64,000 nt of DNA. It comes from a plasmid. The DNA lies in the sequence record NZ_CP029448.1, one strand, 5' to 3'. The notes beneath the pieces were generated by a model. That model searched no databases. It saw nothing but the letters and a program-made list of their open reading frames with translations, and had not been told where the DNA came from. This document shows, piece after piece, positions 42,232 to 54,620 of this stretch. Position numbers and translations under genes: made by a program. Within the stretch, counting starts at the first letter, position 1. Each line of letters starts with the position of its first letter.

Positions 42232-42514
42232 GCTGACACCAAAAGCAGAAGAGGATCTGGAGGCCATCTGGGACTACAGCTTCAGAGAGTTCGGGGTTGT
42301 TCAGGCGGATGCATACATCGGCCGTATAGCTGCAGTGTTTGATGTGCTGGCCATGCATGATATCGGCACGCATCGTGCAGAGCTGGGAGACGATATCTGC
42401 ACACTGCCGGTGGAACAGCACATGATCTATTTTGTATCATCACATTCTATGGTTACGGTCATTCGTATTCTCAGCCAGTCTCAGGATACGGCGCGGCATG
42501 AACCCTGGAGATGA
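42218..42514 (+). CDS. parE: ParE/RelE-family toxin
   Basis: MKEIELTPKAEEDLEAIWDYSFREFGVVQADAYIGRIAAVFDVLA...; overlaps the parD end. Confidence 0.8.
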   Translation: MKEIELTPKAEEDLEAIWDYSFREFGVVQADAYIGRIAAVFDVLAMHDIGTHRAELGDDICTLPVEQHMIYFVSSHSMVTVIRILSQSQDTARHEPWR

Positions 42515-42693
42515 CTGGGGAACAGGATTCTCAAACAACATAAGTTAATTGTAAGGTCGGCATGACCAAAAAAGACATTGTGTATGGACTCTTTCATTAT
42601 TATTCATTTCGCTTATAAAAAAAACGCTCCCGGACGGGAGCGTAAGCCAGTGACTTCGGCGTCAAATCAGGGTCTGACAAGTGGAGCTGCGGG

Positions 42694-43128
42694 TTAATTC
42701 TGGGTGATCTGGCTGCGATGCTTTTCCGCCTGTTGCTGATGAATAACGGAAGACTGACCATTATTCGCCTTCTCATGCACAACAGCGGCTTTCTCATGCT
42801 CGCTCATTTCGGAAAATGGCTTAGCATTTTTTTGGGTGTTCTCAGGTTTGGCTTTCATCATTTTTTTATGCATTTCAGCCATGTCCTGATGGGCAGCAGA
42901 ATTGCCGTTTTGCATCATTTCATGGGACATTGCGGCCTGATCGTGACCGCTCATATCCATCATTTTCATGCTCTCCCCCTGAACTGCACTTTTTTCAGCG
43001 GATGATTGCATCTGATGGGCAGGCGCCTGGGCATTATTTACCTGGTCATGCATGTTCATTGTCTCTGCAGCCCAGGCAGATGAAGCGACAGCCATCATGG
43101 CAATAAAGGATACAAGGATCTTTTTCAT
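42694..43128 (-). CDS. pcoE: PcoE periplasmic metal-binding protein
   Basis: MKKILVSFIAMMAVASSAWAAETMNMHDQVNNAQAPAHQMQ...; rich in Met/His HxxM repeats. Confidence 0.85.
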   Translation of the reverse strand: MKKILVSFIAMMAVASSAWAAETMNMHDQVNNAQAPAHQMQSSAEKSAVQGESMKMMDMSGHDQAAMSHEMMQNGNSAAHQDMAEMHKKMMKAKPENTQKNAKPFSEMSEHEKAAVVHEKANNGQSSVIHQQQAEKHRSQITQN

Positions 43129-43284
43129 GGTTGGGTCTCCGGTGTTTTCATACCCGAACAATCAATGCTTATAACAGAGAAAGCATTTGATCTCAGGGCT
43201 GGTTGATCATCACGCCAGGAACCGGGCGATTGAATTATCACGCTGTCCTGATTTATGGCTGATTATAAAAAACCGCCTCTGTTT

Positions 43285-43298
43285 ATCGCGTGACTGAA
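43285..43298. promoter_or_regulatory. CusR/PcoR-type copper box upstream of pcoE
   Basis: TGACATTTTTGTCA palindrome. Confidence 0.5.
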
Positions 43299-43343
43299 CG
43301 ATGACATTTTTGTCACCTTCCGGGTTTCTCCTGAATAACGGTA

Positions 43344-44744
43344 TTAATCCATTAACAGACGCACACTGAACACAATTTCCCGCCCCTGCTGTTCTGCTGA
43401 CAGCTCGCCGCCGTGAGCATGAATGATCGACCTTGTAATTGATAATCCCAGCCCCGCGCCTTCCGTGTTGTAGAACCTTGATGAGTCTGCGCGATAGAAC
43501 CGGTCAAACAAACGTTCCAGATTAGCGGGAACCTGGCCGGACATCGTATTCGTAATCATCACGTTCACACAGTCACTGTCACGCTCAAGGTGTATCGCTG
43601 TACAGGTGTTATCGGGAGAATACTTGATTGCATTGGAAAGCAGGTTACTGAAAGCACGTCGGAGCATATCGCTGTCTCCGGCAACAACGCCCTCTCCTTC
43701 AACCGTGATTGTCTTTCCTGTTTCGTCTGCCAGGGGCTCGAACAACTCACGTAATTCATTCAGTTCGGCTGCCAGATCCACATCATGTTTATCCAGCCGC
43801 AGCAGACCATGCTCTGAACGTGCCAGAAAAAGCATGTCACTGGTCATTCGTGACAACCTTTTCAGTTCTTCCAGGTTAGCGAATAAAATTTCGCGGTAAT
43901 GCGAAACATCCCTTTCCTTAGCCAGTGCAAACTGCGTCTGCATCATCAGATTACTGACTGGTGTGCGCAGCTCATGCGCGATGTCAGACGAGAAATCTGA
44001 CAGTTTCCGGAATGCCCCCTCCAGGCGATCAAACATATTATTGAACTCCTGCATGGTCTCAGAGATTTCCGGCGGAGCCAGATCGGGATTTAGACGCTGA
44101 TCCAGGCTGTGTACGGTCATGGAGGAAGCCAGACTGGTCATTTCCCGTAGCGGTTTCAGACCAATACGTGTGGTCAGCCAGCCCAGAAAAACAGAAATAA
44201 AGACCAGACCGATATTGAACCAGAACAGCCAGGTACTGAGTTTGTCCATAAACAGGGTGTGATACCCAGTATCCGTGGCAACCGTAATGATGACATGTTT
44301 GCTTTTACCCTGTTCCGGCGTCACGGCAACCCGCCGCGAGATACTGCGGTACACGGTGTTATTTTCTTCCGTCTGGATCATATAGTCGAGAATATCACCC
44401 GACTTATTAAGCAGGACCGCTGGAACAACAGAATTTTTGGCATAGAGTTCAACAATTTTTTCATTTTCCATGTTTTTTATAGAAATGAATAAGCCATTGT
44501 GCCCCACCATCGCATCGTTTATTTTTTCTGATAATGACTTAATATCCGTTTTGTTCCTGAACGTCTCTGTTTTAAGAAACTCTTCGGTGAGCTGAAGTTT
44601 ACCTGTCAGAAAATCGCGGTCCTGATTATCGAAATAGCCATTCAGGGTGCTAATCAGGATAAAACTTGATAACCACCATACCGTAAGCATCACCGCAGAA
44701 AAAATCAGGCTCAGGCGTGTGGTCAGGGAAATTTTGAACCTCAC
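43344..44744 (-). CDS. pcoS: PcoS sensor histidine kinase
   Basis: 466 aa with two TM segments, H-box [10 protein letters not shown], and an ATPase domain. Confidence 0.85.
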   Translation of the reverse strand: MRFKISLTTRLSLIFSAVMLTVWWLSSFILISTLNGYFDNQDRDFLTGKLQLTEEFLKTETFRNKTDIKSLSEKINDAMVGHNGLFISIKNMENEKIVELYAKNSVVPAVLLNKSGDILDYMIQTEENNTVYRSISRRVAVTPEQGKSKHVIITVATDTGYHTLFMDKLSTWLFWFNIGLVFISVFLGWLTTRIGLKPLREMTSLASSMTVHSLDQRLNPDLAPPEISETMQEFNNMFDRLEGAFRKLSDFSSDIAHELRTPVSNLMMQTQFALAKERDVSHYREILFANLEELKRLSRMTSDMLFLARSEHGLLRLDKHDVDLAAELNELRELFEPLADETGKTITVEGEGVVAGDSDMLRRAFSNLLSNAIKYSPDNTCTAIHLERDSDCVNVMITNTMSGQVPANLERLFDRFYRADSSRFYNTEGAGLGLSITRSIIHAHGGELSAEQQGREIVFSVRLLMD

Positions 44745-45427
44745 TCTTCTCTGATCTCCAGGACATATCCGGCACCGCGAACGGTATGGATCAGTTTTGG
44801 CTCAAAGTCATCATCAATTTTACTTCTCAGACGTCTCACGGCGACATCAATCACATTCGTATCACTGTCAAAATTCATGTTCCAGACCAGGGACGAGATA
44901 AGACTCCTGGGTAACACTTCTCCGGTGCGTTGCAGCAGCAACTCAAGCAGAACGTATTCTTTACCGGTGAGATGGATCTTCTTCCCCGAACGGATCACGG
45001 TCCGGCGCACCATATCAACGGTCATATCGGCGATGGTGCAGACTGTTGCGGCCTGCGAGCGTGCCCGGCGCAGTAGGGTTCTTACACGTGCAACCAGCTC
45101 CGTAAAATCAAAGGGCTTAATCAGGTAGTCATCTGCGCCAAGCTCCAGTCCTTTCACTTTGTCCCGCACGTTGTCCTTTGCGGTTAAAAACAGGACCGGT
45201 TCTTCGTGCCCGGACTCCCTCAGTGCGCTGATGATTTGCCACCCGTCGAGGAAAGGCAGCATCACGTCCAGTATTATCAAATCATACTGTCCCTTCGACG
45301 CGGCCCCGAGACCATCGCGGCCATTATTAAAGAGATCGGCCTGATAGCCTTCCTCAACCAGTCCCTGCTGCAGGTAACGACCTGTTTTTTGTTCGTCTTC
45401 AACGATTAAAATACGCTGCATGGTCAA
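44741..45427 (-). CDS. pcoR: PcoR OmpR-family response regulator
   Basis: [23 protein letters not shown]... Confidence 0.85.
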   Translation of the reverse strand: MTMQRILIVEDEQKTGRYLQQGLVEEGYQADLFNNGRDGLGAASKGQYDLIILDVMLPFLDGWQIISALRESGHEEPVLFLTAKDNVRDKVKGLELGADDYLIKPFDFTELVARVRTLLRRARSQAATVCTIADMTVDMVRRTVIRSGKKIHLTGKEYVLLELLLQRTGEVLPRSLISSLVWNMNFDSDTNVIDVAVRRLRSKIDDDFEPKLIHTVRGAGYVLEIREE

Positions 45428-45475
45428 CTCGCTGATATGAAAGTAAAAATCTCACGCATGAGCTTTGGCTGTCCC

Positions 45476-46405
45476 CTAGCTGATCTGAGACGGAGCAAGC
45501 ATTCCAAGCCACGCTACGGCGCCCAGAATGATAATCGCAACAACGAATTCTGTCAGGATGCTGTTTCGCATCAGGGCAACGCTGCGATCATAATTCCCTT
45601 CCCTGACCATAACTTCAAGCCGGGGACCCAGGTGAAACCGGTTTGCTGCAGCCAGAAGAAGCATCAGAACAAACAGAGCCGTCTTGGCAAGCAATATCCT
45701 CCCCCAGGAACTGTTGAATAAGGGAGTTAAGTTACCCTCAGCAATATACAGATAGTTGACCAGCGCACTCAGGATCAGGGCTACAACAATCACCGTTCCT
45801 GCCGTGGCAAATTTTGCCAGGGAGTCAGATATCACAATGACGCTCTGTGCATTATGCTCGTTTCTGCGCATCAGCAGGATAGCAAATGCAACCAGAGCAC
45901 CTGTCCAGGCACCTGCAGCGCCGAGATGGGTCAGATCGCTCAGTAAATGGAGATAGTAATGCAGACCGTCATGCATAACGGCGTGTCCTCCCCAGGCAAG
46001 TGTAGCCAGCGCCACGCCCCCACTCATCGTCATCAGCAGGCAGGACAATACTCTCTTATTAGTGTAAAGGAACAAAGCACCGAGTGTGGTAAACAGGGCA
46101 CAGAGCCTGACAATCCAGCTAATACCCACATCAGTTTCTTCTATCACCATCTCGATAACATGGATGGATAATTCTCTGAGGTCAGTTACTCCACTCATGG
46201 CATTAGATACCAGGAGCATATTAATGCCAGTAAGAATGATGCCTGTAACAACAGCAAAGGTTATAAACGACCTGAAATTAGTCAGGTTATAGGTTTCATG
46301 TCTGACACCGCTTATTCCATATATCTGAAAAAATGGCAATCCAAATATTACCATCAAATCCAGATAAAGAAGAAAACGAATAACAATCATAATCAGGTCG
46401 TTCAT
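45476..46405 (-). CDS. pcoD: PcoD/CopD inner-membrane copper protein
   Basis: 309 aa, polytopic membrane protein. Confidence 0.8.
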   Translation of the reverse strand: MNDLIMIVIRFLLYLDLMVIFGLPFFQIYGISGVRHETYNLTNFRSFITFAVVTGIILTGINMLLVSNAMSGVTDLRELSIHVIEMVIEETDVGISWIVRLCALFTTLGALFLYTNKRVLSCLLMTMSGGVALATLAWGGHAVMHDGLHYYLHLLSDLTHLGAAGAWTGALVAFAILLMRRNEHNAQSVIVISDSLAKFATAGTVIVVALILSALVNYLYIAEGNLTPLFNSSWGRILLAKTALFVLMLLLAAANRFHLGPRLEVMVREGNYDRSVALMRNSILTEFVVAIIILGAVAWLGMLAPSQIS

Positions 46406-46409
46406 AATA

Positions 46410-46790
46410 TTACTTCACTGTAAAGGTGTAATTACCGGTAATAGGGTGCGTATCTGAAGAAACCGCGCGCCAGTCAACACGATAAGTGCCAGCGGGTAAA
46501 GGCTCTCGCGGAATAATGACCATCGATTTAGGGTCAGCGCCTGGCGCCACTTTTGCCGCGACCGGCATCGGAGAATGTGATGACATGCCTTTCATACCCG
46601 TCATCGTTAATTTTGCACCTGAGAATTTCACGGTCAGATTTTCCGAGAAATTAAGCTGAATCTTTTCCGGGGCCGCTACGGCTGAATCAGCCTGTGGCAC
46701 AGAGCTTTTTAATTCCGGATGGGCCATAGCAGAGAAAGCAACGCCCATAACGAGGCCACCTGTAAGAATGGCTTTATTTAAAATCGACAT
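46410..46790 (-). CDS. pcoC: PcoC/CopC periplasmic copper chaperone
   Basis: 126 aa with signal peptide; ...[15 protein letters not shown]... Confidence 0.85.
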   Translation of the reverse strand: MSILNKAILTGGLVMGVAFSAMAHPELKSSVPQADSAVAAPEKIQLNFSENLTVKFSGAKLTMTGMKGMSSHSPMPVAAKVAPGADPKSMVIIPREPLPAGTYRVDWRAVSSDTHPITGNYTFTVK

Positions 46791-46829
46791 TTTATTTACC
46801 TGTTTAGTTGAGTGTTTTATATCAGTGCG

Positions 46830-47729
46830 TTAAAACCAGATTCTGGCTCCCGCCAGGAATACTACCTGATGGTCTTTCTCACCTTCTCTTTTCGCCATAT
46901 CGGATGTTTTCCCGTAAAGTTGATTCCAGGAAACGCCTATATAGGGTGCAAACTCACGGCGTATTTCATAGCGCAGCCGGAGCCCCAGCTCTGTGTCAGT
47001 CAGTCCCCTGCCGCGACCCCGCGATTCATCATCCTGACTGTAGAAATTCACCTCATAGGATGGCTGGAGTATGAGCCGGTTAGTCAGTAAAACGTCGTAT
47101 TCTCCTCCCAGACGAAGGGCTGCTTTTCCGCCATTACTGACAAAACCCGTAATTTCAGACTCAAAATTATAGAGTGCCAGCCCCTGAAAACCGACAGCAG
47201 CCCAGGTCCGGGCAGAAGCAGGTCTGAAATCCTGCCTGACACCCGCAACCAAATCCCACCATGGGCCAACCGCATGTCCCCAGAGTAACTGCGCTTCAGC
47301 CGCCTCCGTTTCCCCATTGCTTCGTTCACCTTCACTCTTTAGCCAAATCCGATCTGTGTCGCCTCCAATCCAGCTGTTAACACTCCAGCTGAAATTGTTG
47401 GTGTTATCCGACCGTTGCCATTCCAGTTGATCCAGCAGAACCAGATAATTAATCGCACTGTCGTGAATCGCATGCCCCTGTAAATTGCCGAATGCAGCCT
47501 TCCGGTCGGCATCGGTAACAGGCGGAATTGGCGTTCTGCTCTCAGTTACAATGGGCTCCATTGACGTCATCTCAGTGAAATTCTCATCTGCTGGCATCTG
47601 CATGGCAGACATGTCGTGCCCGGCGTGGGGATCTGCAGAGACGGAGCCCGCCGCAATAGAAAGCTGTGAGGTAAACAAACCGGCGACCAGAACAGGTATG
47701 GCCTTCAAATTTCTCTTCATTCGCATCAT
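46830..47729 (-). CDS. pcoB: PcoB/CopB outer-membrane protein
   Basis: 299 aa, signal peptide, Met-rich N-terminus. Confidence 0.8.
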   Translation of the reverse strand: MMRMKRNLKAIPVLVAGLFTSQLSIAAGSVSADPHAGHDMSAMQMPADENFTEMTSMEPIVTESRTPIPPVTDADRKAAFGNLQGHAIHDSAINYLVLLDQLEWQRSDNTNNFSWSVNSWIGGDTDRIWLKSEGERSNGETEAAEAQLLWGHAVGPWWDLVAGVRQDFRPASARTWAAVGFQGLALYNFESEITGFVSNGGKAALRLGGEYDVLLTNRLILQPSYEVNFYSQDDESRGRGRGLTDTELGLRLRYEIRREFAPYIGVSWNQLYGKTSDMAKREGEKDHQVVFLAGARIWF

Positions 47730-49549
47730 TCCTCCACCCGGACTTCACGAAACATTCCCATTTCCATGTGATAGAGCAAATGGCAGTGATACGCCCAGCG
47801 GCCAAGCGCATCTGCTGTCACTCTGTAACTGCGTTTTGTACCAGGGGGAACATCTATTGTGTGTTTACGAACCATGAAATTACCGTTTTCATCTTCCAGA
47901 TCGCTCCACATACCATGCAGGTGAATGGGGTGAGTCATCATGGTATCGTTGATCAGCGTGATCCTGAGCCGCTCACCGTATTTCAGCAGCACCGGTGCGG
48001 CATCTGAAAACTTGATTCCGTTAAATGACCAGGCAAACTTTTCCATGTGGCCGGTTAAATGCAGTTCTATGGTACGGCCAGGTTCACGTCCGTCAGGATC
48101 CTCAAAGCGGCTTTTCAAATCCGCGTACGTGAGAACCTTTCTTCCGTTATTTCGAAGACCAATACCCGGATCATTTAATTTCGGAGAGACGCTCATCGCC
48201 TGCATATCAACCAGTGGGTTATCCGTTTCTGACGCAGGATGACTTTGCATACCCGGCATTCCGGCCATCCGGGAATGATCCATACCGGCCATGCTGCTGT
48301 GATCCATGGGCGCGGAGGATGTCCCGCTATCCGGAAGGTCAGCACCGTCCATAGACATCATCTCTCCGCTGTTATCCATGCCTCCCATCTGGCTGTGGTC
48401 CATTCCTGCCATATCATGTCCCATTCCCCCCATACCCATATCTTCCATGGTCAACAGAGGACGGGGATCGAGGGGGGGAACGGCAGCACTTAACCCCTCT
48501 CTCGTGGCCAGTGTCCCTCGAGCGTAACCGGTCCTGTCCATGGATTGTGCGAAGATGGTATAGGCCTCACCCTGAGGCTCCACAATGACATCATAGGTTT
48601 CGGCAACGGCAATCCTGAATTCGTCAACGGTAACCGGGTTTACATACTGGCCATCTGCAGCCACGACCGTCATTTTCAGCCCGGGGATACGGATATCGAA
48701 ATAGGTCATTGCCGAGCCGTTGATAAACCGTAAGCGTATCTTTTCACCGGGACGGAACAGTCCGGTCCAGTTTTTCAGCGGGGCCTGCCCGTTCATGAGA
48801 TAGGTGTAGGTGTAGCCACTGACATCCGCGAGGTCAGTCGGATTCATTTTCATTTCAGCCCACATTTTCCGATCGGCAATGGTGGCTGACAGCCCCCTGG
48901 TATTCACGTCGCGGAAAAAAGAGCCAACGGTTGGTTTATTGAAATTGTAGTAATCCGACTGTTTTTTTAATTTTTTCAGCAGGCTGTGAGGATTTTCATC
49001 GGTCCAGTCAGACAACATGACCACATGCTCACGATCGTAAGCAAACGGTTCTGGCTCCCTGGCATCGATGATAATGGCACCGTATACCCCCTCCTGTTCC
49101 TGCAGACCGGAATGGCTGTGGTACCAGTAAGTCCCGTTCTGCTTAACCTTAAAGGTGTAAACGTAGGTATCATCAGGCTCTATGCCCATAAAACTCAGCC
49201 CCGGAACACCATCCATATTGGCCGGAAGAATAATGCCGTGCCAGTGAATGGACGTCTGTTCATTAAGACGGTTTTTGACCTTCAGGGTAATGGTGTCACC
49301 TTCTTTCCAGCGAAGAACGGGCCCCGGCAGGCCTCCATTGATTGTTTTGGCCTGACGCTCACTGCCCGTGATATTGACGGCCGTTTCACCAATGGTCAGG
49401 TCAAACTGAGTACCCTGCAGGGATGCGGCAACTGGCAGGCTCAGACTGGAACGCGCATTGAAACTCCATACGCCAAGACTTCCGGCTACGCCAGAGAGGG
49501 TTAACCCCTTCAGGAAAGTTCGTCGAGACGTTTTCAACAGCATGCGCAT
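47726..49549 (-). CDS. pcoA: PcoA multicopper oxidase
   Basis: Tat signal [12 protein letters not shown]; HWHG, HSH and [12 protein letters not shown] copper-site motifs; Met-rich insert. Confidence 0.9.
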   Translation of the reverse strand: MRMLLKTSRRTFLKGLTLSGVAGSLGVWSFNARSSLSLPVAASLQGTQFDLTIGETAVNITGSERQAKTINGGLPGPVLRWKEGDTITLKVKNRLNEQTSIHWHGIILPANMDGVPGLSFMGIEPDDTYVYTFKVKQNGTYWYHSHSGLQEQEGVYGAIIIDAREPEPFAYDREHVVMLSDWTDENPHSLLKKLKKQSDYYNFNKPTVGSFFRDVNTRGLSATIADRKMWAEMKMNPTDLADVSGYTYTYLMNGQAPLKNWTGLFRPGEKIRLRFINGSAMTYFDIRIPGLKMTVVAADGQYVNPVTVDEFRIAVAETYDVIVEPQGEAYTIFAQSMDRTGYARGTLATREGLSAAVPPLDPRPLLTMEDMGMGGMGHDMAGMDHSQMGGMDNSGEMMSMDGADLPDSGTSSAPMDHSSMAGMDHSRMAGMPGMQSHPASETDNPLVDMQAMSVSPKLNDPGIGLRNNGRKVLTYADLKSRFEDPDGREPGRTIELHLTGHMEKFAWSFNGIKFSDAAPVLLKYGERLRITLINDTMMTHPIHLHGMWSDLEDENGNFMVRKHTIDVPPGTKRSYRVTADALGRWAYHCHLLYHMEMGMFREVRVEE

Positions 49550-49659
49550 TCCCTTATTTAAAGTATGGTTACTGACAGAATTCGAGAACCGATTTAAATT
49601 AAATTACTGGTTCATCCACTTACAATGAAATGAATCTAGCACACCTTAAGAAACAAATT

Positions 49660-49675
49660 CATTACAATCGTGTAA
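49660..49675. promoter_or_regulatory. Copper box (ATTACAnnnnTGTAAT) in the pcoA / pcoE-like divergent promoter
   Basis: ATTACAATCGTGTAAT, with a second half-site-like TGTATTACAT downstream. Confidence 0.55.
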
Positions 49676-49777
49676 TGTACATAGCTGTATTACATTTACG
49701 TCATCTTCCCCACAGGTTGATTATTTTTATATATGATCATAAGGACATCTTTTATGTACCTCAGAAGGTAATTACAC

Positions 49778-50227
49778 ATGAATATATTAATCACGACCAC
49801 TGCGTTTACAGCTTTATTTTGTGGGGCAGCTTTTGCTCAGTCCAGTGATATTGCCCATGAAGCACATCGATTTGTTAATAATGCCTCAGCCGTCAGTCAT
49901 GTGAACTCCTCGACGCATGAAAACTTACCGGACAGGGTTAATAAAAACAACACGCCCTCATTCTCTGAAATGAATGAACATGAAAGGGCCATTGTTGCTC
50001 ATTCATTTATGAACAACAGCGCGTCCTATGCGCATCAGAAAATGATTGAGGAACATAAAAAAATGCTGTCCGGCAGTGATGCAAATTCAAAGACCTCGTC
50101 TTCTTCTTTTAACGAACTGAATGCCGGAGAAAAAGCCGCTCTCGTGCATGAGCAGGTCAATAATGCCGGTGCGGAAGCACATCAGACGCAGGCAAGAAAG
50201 CTTCGCGGGCTGTATTCGACCAGGTAA
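49778..50227 (+). CDS. PcoE/SilE-family paralogue (periplasmic His/Met-rich protein) between pcoA and pcoG
   Basis: 149 aa, signal peptide, repeated H..M/NEHE motifs (SFSEMNEHERAIVAHSFMNN...). Confidence 0.7.
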   Translation: MNILITTTAFTALFCGAAFAQSSDIAHEAHRFVNNASAVSHVNSSTHENLPDRVNKNNTPSFSEMNEHERAIVAHSFMNNSASYAHQKMIEEHKKMLSGSDANSKTSSSSFNELNAGEKAALVHEQVNNAGAEAHQTQARKLRGLYSTR

Positions 50228-50515
50228 CTGCAGGCGGGTTAGTGCTTAGCGTCAGGTGCGCAGCAGGGCTTTACTGACGGGTTACGTAGCAGGACATGAG
50301 CCCCATATTGCTCTGCCGTAACCTGTTTCAGTCCCGTTAATCATCACCGTCGGGCTGGTCATACAGTTCCCAGAGCTTCAGGAGCAAACGGGAAACAAGA
50401 TATGTTACAAAAATGACGACCATCAACGGTGCTCCCGATTAACTGACAGATGACACGCCTCCTGAAAACCCCTAGCATACGCCGCAGTGTTCATGCTAAC
50501 GGCGAATTCCAGTAA

Positions 50516-51253
50516 ATGTATTCTACCGATGTCGTAAAAGAAAATGCCTACCTTTCAGCCACCCGCTCGGGGCTGGAATCGAACGAGATCGCTACTCTTC
50601 AGCGCTCCTTGCCTTCCCGGTTTAATCTGCGGCATTTGAAAAAAAATGAATCATTAAAACTCGTACTGCAAAAGAAAGCGGGAAAATCACGTGTCGTGGC
50701 CTATAAATTTACGTCCGGTTCATTTAATTACACGGCGTATCGTATATCAGATAAAAAGTTCTATAACCTTTCCGATACTTCCGGGAAAGGCAGTCTCGAT
50801 TATCCGTTACCGGCCACAGCAAGACTCAGTTCGCCTTTCAATCCTGCAAGACTTAACCCGGTATCGGGAAAAGTGAGTCCCCATAATGGCATTGATTATT
50901 CCATGCCCATGAACACGAAAATAGTCAGCGTCATCGACGGAAAAATCACCCGGGCCGAATACAACAGTACCATGGGATATTTTGTTGAAGTAACGGGAAA
51001 AGCCGGTGTTAAAACTCGCTATCTCCACCTCAATAAAATACTCGTTACTAAAGGGGCCAGGGTTACCCGGGGAGACGCTATTGCGTTATCCGGTAACAGC
51101 GGACGTTCATCCGGTCCTCATCTGCATTACGAGCTGGTCATCAATAACAATCCTGTTAACTCACTGGCGTTCCGGGCAGCGGCACCCGCTGATAACAAAC
51201 TTGAACAGCATGCCTTTGCGCATGCCAGAGACTACGAACGATACCTGGACTGA
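50516..51253 (+). CDS. pcoG: M23-family metallopeptidase (PcoG-like)
   Basis: HNGIDY and ...SGNSGRSSGPHLHYE M23 (LytM) motifs. Confidence 0.75.
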   Translation: MYSTDVVKENAYLSATRSGLESNEIATLQRSLPSRFNLRHLKKNESLKLVLQKKAGKSRVVAYKFTSGSFNYTAYRISDKKFYNLSDTSGKGSLDYPLPATARLSSPFNPARLNPVSGKVSPHNGIDYSMPMNTKIVSVIDGKITRAEYNSTMGYFVEVTGKAGVKTRYLHLNKILVTKGARVTRGDAIALSGNSGRSSGPHLHYELVINNNPVNSLAFRAAAPADNKLEQHAFAHARDYERYLD

Positions 51254-51286
51254 TAACGGGGCCGCGACGCGGCCCCGTCTGCCGGA

Positions 51287-51484
51287 TTAATTTTTTTTAT
51301 CGTTTTCACTTCCTTGATGTTGATGATCTCCATGCCCTCCGTGGCCGTGGAAAAGATGCATGAGCGGGCAGACCAGCAATAACAGATATGGCCAGTAACC
51401 TGCCACATGTGACCAGTGTTCGCGCAGGAGGGCAAATGCCGCGATCGCGGCGACAGCAATAAGCGCATAGGTGGTACTTTTCAT
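51287..51484 (-). CDS. Small His-rich membrane protein upstream of silP
   Basis: 65 aa, TM helix plus HLFHGHGGHGDHQHQG tail. Confidence 0.5.
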   Translation of the reverse strand: MKSTTYALIAVAAIAAFALLREHWSHVAGYWPYLLLLVCPLMHLFHGHGGHGDHQHQGSENDKKN

Positions 51485-51524
51485 ACTGGACTCCTTCTGT
51501 TCGTAACAGCCCCTTCACTCAGTG

Positions 51525-53996
51525 TTATTTCCCGAGCCTGACACTTTTCAGACGCAACGCATTCACAATGACGCTGACGGAGGAAAGAGCCATGGCCGCC
51601 GCCGCAATAACTGGCGACAGCAGTATTCCATACACAGGATAAAGCAGACCTGCAGCCACAGGCACGCCAAGTGCGTTGTAGATAAATGCAAAAAACAGAT
51701 TCTGTCGGATATTTTTCATGGTGATTTCTGACAGATGACGGGCCCTGTTCAGTATCATCAAGTCGCCTTTGAGAAGGGTGACTCCGGCACTTTCAATTGC
51801 CACATCTGTACCCGTTCCCATGGCTATACCCACGTCAGCCGCTGCCAGCGCCGGGGCATCATTCACACCGTCTCCGGCCATCGCAACCACATGGCCAGAC
51901 GCTTTCAGTCGGGTTATCACTGCTTTTTTGCCATCCGGCAGAATCCCGGCTTCAACCTCATCTATTCCCAGTTTCCGTGCGACTGCTTCAGCGGTAAGCT
52001 GGTTATCCCCGGTGAGCATAACGATGCGGATCCCCGCCTGACGCAAAGCTTTAAGCGCATCCGGCGTGGTTGCTTTCACGGGATCCGAGATAGCTATCAG
52101 GCCTGCAAGGTGCCCGTCTGTGGCCACATAGATAACGGTAGCACCTTCCATCCGCAACGTATCCGCAACGGCCTTTTGATTATCAATAACGATACTGTTT
52201 TCCTGCATAGCCAGTTCATTACCAATAACAACCCGTTGACCTTCGACATCGCCTGAGACACCTTTACCCGACGGCGCATTGAAATGAGTGACTGCGGGTA
52301 TTGCGATCCCCTTTTCCTGTGCTGCTTTAACTACTGCCATACCCAGCGGATGCTGCGAGCCTTTTTCCACTGCGGCCGTTACACGCAAAAGAGATGTTTC
52401 CCCACCCGGATTGAGACTGATAATCCCTGTCACCGTCGGCGAACCTTCCGTGAGCGTGCCTGTTTTGTCGACAACCAGCGTGTCCACTTTTTCAAGACGC
52501 TCAAGGGCTTCGGCATTCTTAATTAACACCCCGGCCTGGGCTCCTTTGCCCACCCCCACCATTATCGACATCGGCGTGGCCAGCCCCAGCGCGCAGGGAC
52601 AGGCAATAATCAGGACCGACACAGCCGCAATGAGACCGTGCGCCATCCTGGGCTCGGGCCCCCAGACAGACCAGATCATGAAAGCAACAACCGCGATAAG
52701 TATCACCAGAGGAACAAACCAGCCTGAAACGCTGTCAGCCATTCTCTGGATGGGGGCCCGCGAACGCTGTGCATCAGCGACCATCTGAACAATTCGTGAG
52801 AGCATCGTTTCATCACCGACTTTCTCTGCACGGATGATAAGACTACCTGTCTGATTAATCGTCCCCCCAATGACGGGTTCACCCTCCGTTTTGGTAACCG
52901 GCATAGACTCCCCGGTCACCATCGATTCATCCACGGTTGTTTTGCCTTCGACCACGATACCGTCGACCGGAATACTCTCTCCAGGTCTGATGCGGAGCTT
53001 ATCGCCAGGCAGGACATCTTCCGCATTAATATCCGTTTCATGACCGTCATGATCCAGCCGCCTGGCGGTTTTGGGGGCAAGGTTCAGAAGTGCAGTAATG
53101 GCACCTGAGGTTTGTTCCCTTGCCCGCAATTCAAGGACCTGTCCCAGCAGAACAAGCACCGTAATAACAGCTGCGGCTTCAAAATAAATGGCCACCAGGC
53201 CATCCATGTTTCTGAACGATGCAGGAAACCAGGAGGGGAAGACGGTTGCAATGACGCTGTAAACCCAGGCTACGCCGGTCCCCATTGCAACAAGGGTAAA
53301 CATATTCAGGGAGCGGTTACGTAACGACATTCCGGCCCGGGCGAAGAATGGCCAGCCACACCACAAAACGACAGGAGAGGCCAGAAGTAACTGCAGCCAT
53401 GTGTTGTACTGTGGCGGTACTGTATTCCTCAAAGCGGGAAACAGATGAGAACCCATTTCGAGTATCAGAACCGGAAACGCCAGCAACAACCCCAGCCAGA
53501 AGCGTCTTGTCATGTCGCGAAGTTCATCACTCGTCCCCGTGGATGCCGTAGCTACGAGCGGCTCCAGTGCCATTCCACAGACAGGACAGCTTCCGGGACC
53601 ACTACGGCGTATCTCCGGATGCATCGGACATGTCCACACACCTTCAGAAATCTCTTTCTCCGCCTGGCGGTGAGACTGTTTTATCTTATCAGGGCTGACT
53701 TCATGGTGGTCGTGGTGATGGTGATGTTCACTGGCATCTTCGGTAAAATAATGATCGGGATGGGCTTTAAATTTGCTCTCACAGCTGGCGGAGCAGAAAT
53801 AAAGCTGATGGTCCTGGTATCGAATGCTGCTGTGCGCCTTGTCAGGCAGGATGACCATCCCGCACACGGGATCTCTCACCTTCTGCACTACGTGACTCTC
53901 GTCCGGGGATGATGTCTGCTCAGAAGCAGTCTGGTTGTTATGTTCCACTGCATTGTCATTTTTCACAGTAACTCTCCTTATGCATATCTGAAGCAT
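51525..53996 (-). CDS. silP: SilP P1B-type Ag+/Cu+ exporting ATPase
   Basis: His-rich N-terminus and CPVCGM metal-binding motifs; CPC, DKTGT, GDGVNDAP. The true start may be downstream of the ORF-track start. Confidence 0.85.
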   Translation of the reverse strand: MLQICIRRVTVKNDNAVEHNNQTASEQTSSPDESHVVQKVRDPVCGMVILPDKAHSSIRYQDHQLYFCSASCESKFKAHPDHYFTEDASEHHHHHDHHEVSPDKIKQSHRQAEKEISEGVWTCPMHPEIRRSGPGSCPVCGMALEPLVATASTGTSDELRDMTRRFWLGLLLAFPVLILEMGSHLFPALRNTVPPQYNTWLQLLLASPVVLWCGWPFFARAGMSLRNRSLNMFTLVAMGTGVAWVYSVIATVFPSWFPASFRNMDGLVAIYFEAAAVITVLVLLGQVLELRAREQTSGAITALLNLAPKTARRLDHDGHETDINAEDVLPGDKLRIRPGESIPVDGIVVEGKTTVDESMVTGESMPVTKTEGEPVIGGTINQTGSLIIRAEKVGDETMLSRIVQMVADAQRSRAPIQRMADSVSGWFVPLVILIAVVAFMIWSVWGPEPRMAHGLIAAVSVLIIACPCALGLATPMSIMVGVGKGAQAGVLIKNAEALERLEKVDTLVVDKTGTLTEGSPTVTGIISLNPGGETSLLRVTAAVEKGSQHPLGMAVVKAAQEKGIAIPAVTHFNAPSGKGVSGDVEGQRVVIGNELAMQENSIVIDNQKAVADTLRMEGATVIYVATDGHLAGLIAISDPVKATTPDALKALRQAGIRIVMLTGDNQLTAEAVARKLGIDEVEAGILPDGKKAVITRLKASGHVVAMAGDGVNDAPALAAADVGIAMGTGTDVAIESAGVTLLKGDLMILNRARHLSEITMKNIRQNLFFAFIYNALGVPVAAGLLYPVYGILLSPVIAAAAMALSSVSVIVNALRLKSVRLGK

Positions 53997-54093
53997 TTTC
54001 TGTCTTCAGGATATGTCATGGATGCGATTACCACGAATGCCGCCGGCATAAGAGTGCCTGCTGCCGGCGTCCCGTTATCAGCCGTTCCGCTGA

Positions 54094-54540
54094 CTATTCG
54101 ATTCGCTGGAAGACTTTTTTACTGCCCTCCGGTGAGAATGCGATAACATCGTAAGCCTCTTTTCGGGCCCCCATCTCCATTCCCGGACTTCCTGCTGGCA
54201 TACCGGGGGTGGCGAGACCGTATATACCCGAACCAGACTGCATGGCCTTATGTATCGTTGCCGCAGGCACATGGCCTTCAATGATCAAATTACCTACAAC
54301 CGCGGTATGACAACTTCGTAGTCCAGCAGGAACAGCATGCTTTTCTTTCAGGGCTGACAGCGCCTGATCATTCATGACGTGAGTTCGCACTTCGAACCCG
54401 TCTTTTTCCATCGCTTTGCCCCACAGGGAACAACAGCCACAGTTTTCAGATTTGTACATATCAATGACTTTTTCACTCGCCATTGCAGGCAGTGACAGGC
54501 CGAGAGCCAGGGCCACCAGGACCACTTTTTTCATACTCAC
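54094..54540 (-). CDS. DUF411/CopG-like periplasmic metal-binding protein between silA and silP
   Basis: 148 aa, signal peptide, CGCC motif. Confidence 0.65.
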   Translation of the reverse strand: MSMKKVVLVALALGLSLPAMASEKVIDMYKSENCGCCSLWGKAMEKDGFEVRTHVMNDQALSALKEKHAVPAGLRSCHTAVVGNLIIEGHVPAATIHKAMQSGSGIYGLATPGMPAGSPGMEMGARKEAYDVIAFSPEGSKKVFQRIE

Positions 54541-54620
54541 CTCTGTATATTATCGATATAAACCCTGACGTCAGGGTGAATCAGTGCAGAAGGACGCCCA
54601 CTGGGGGCGCCCTTTCAGGG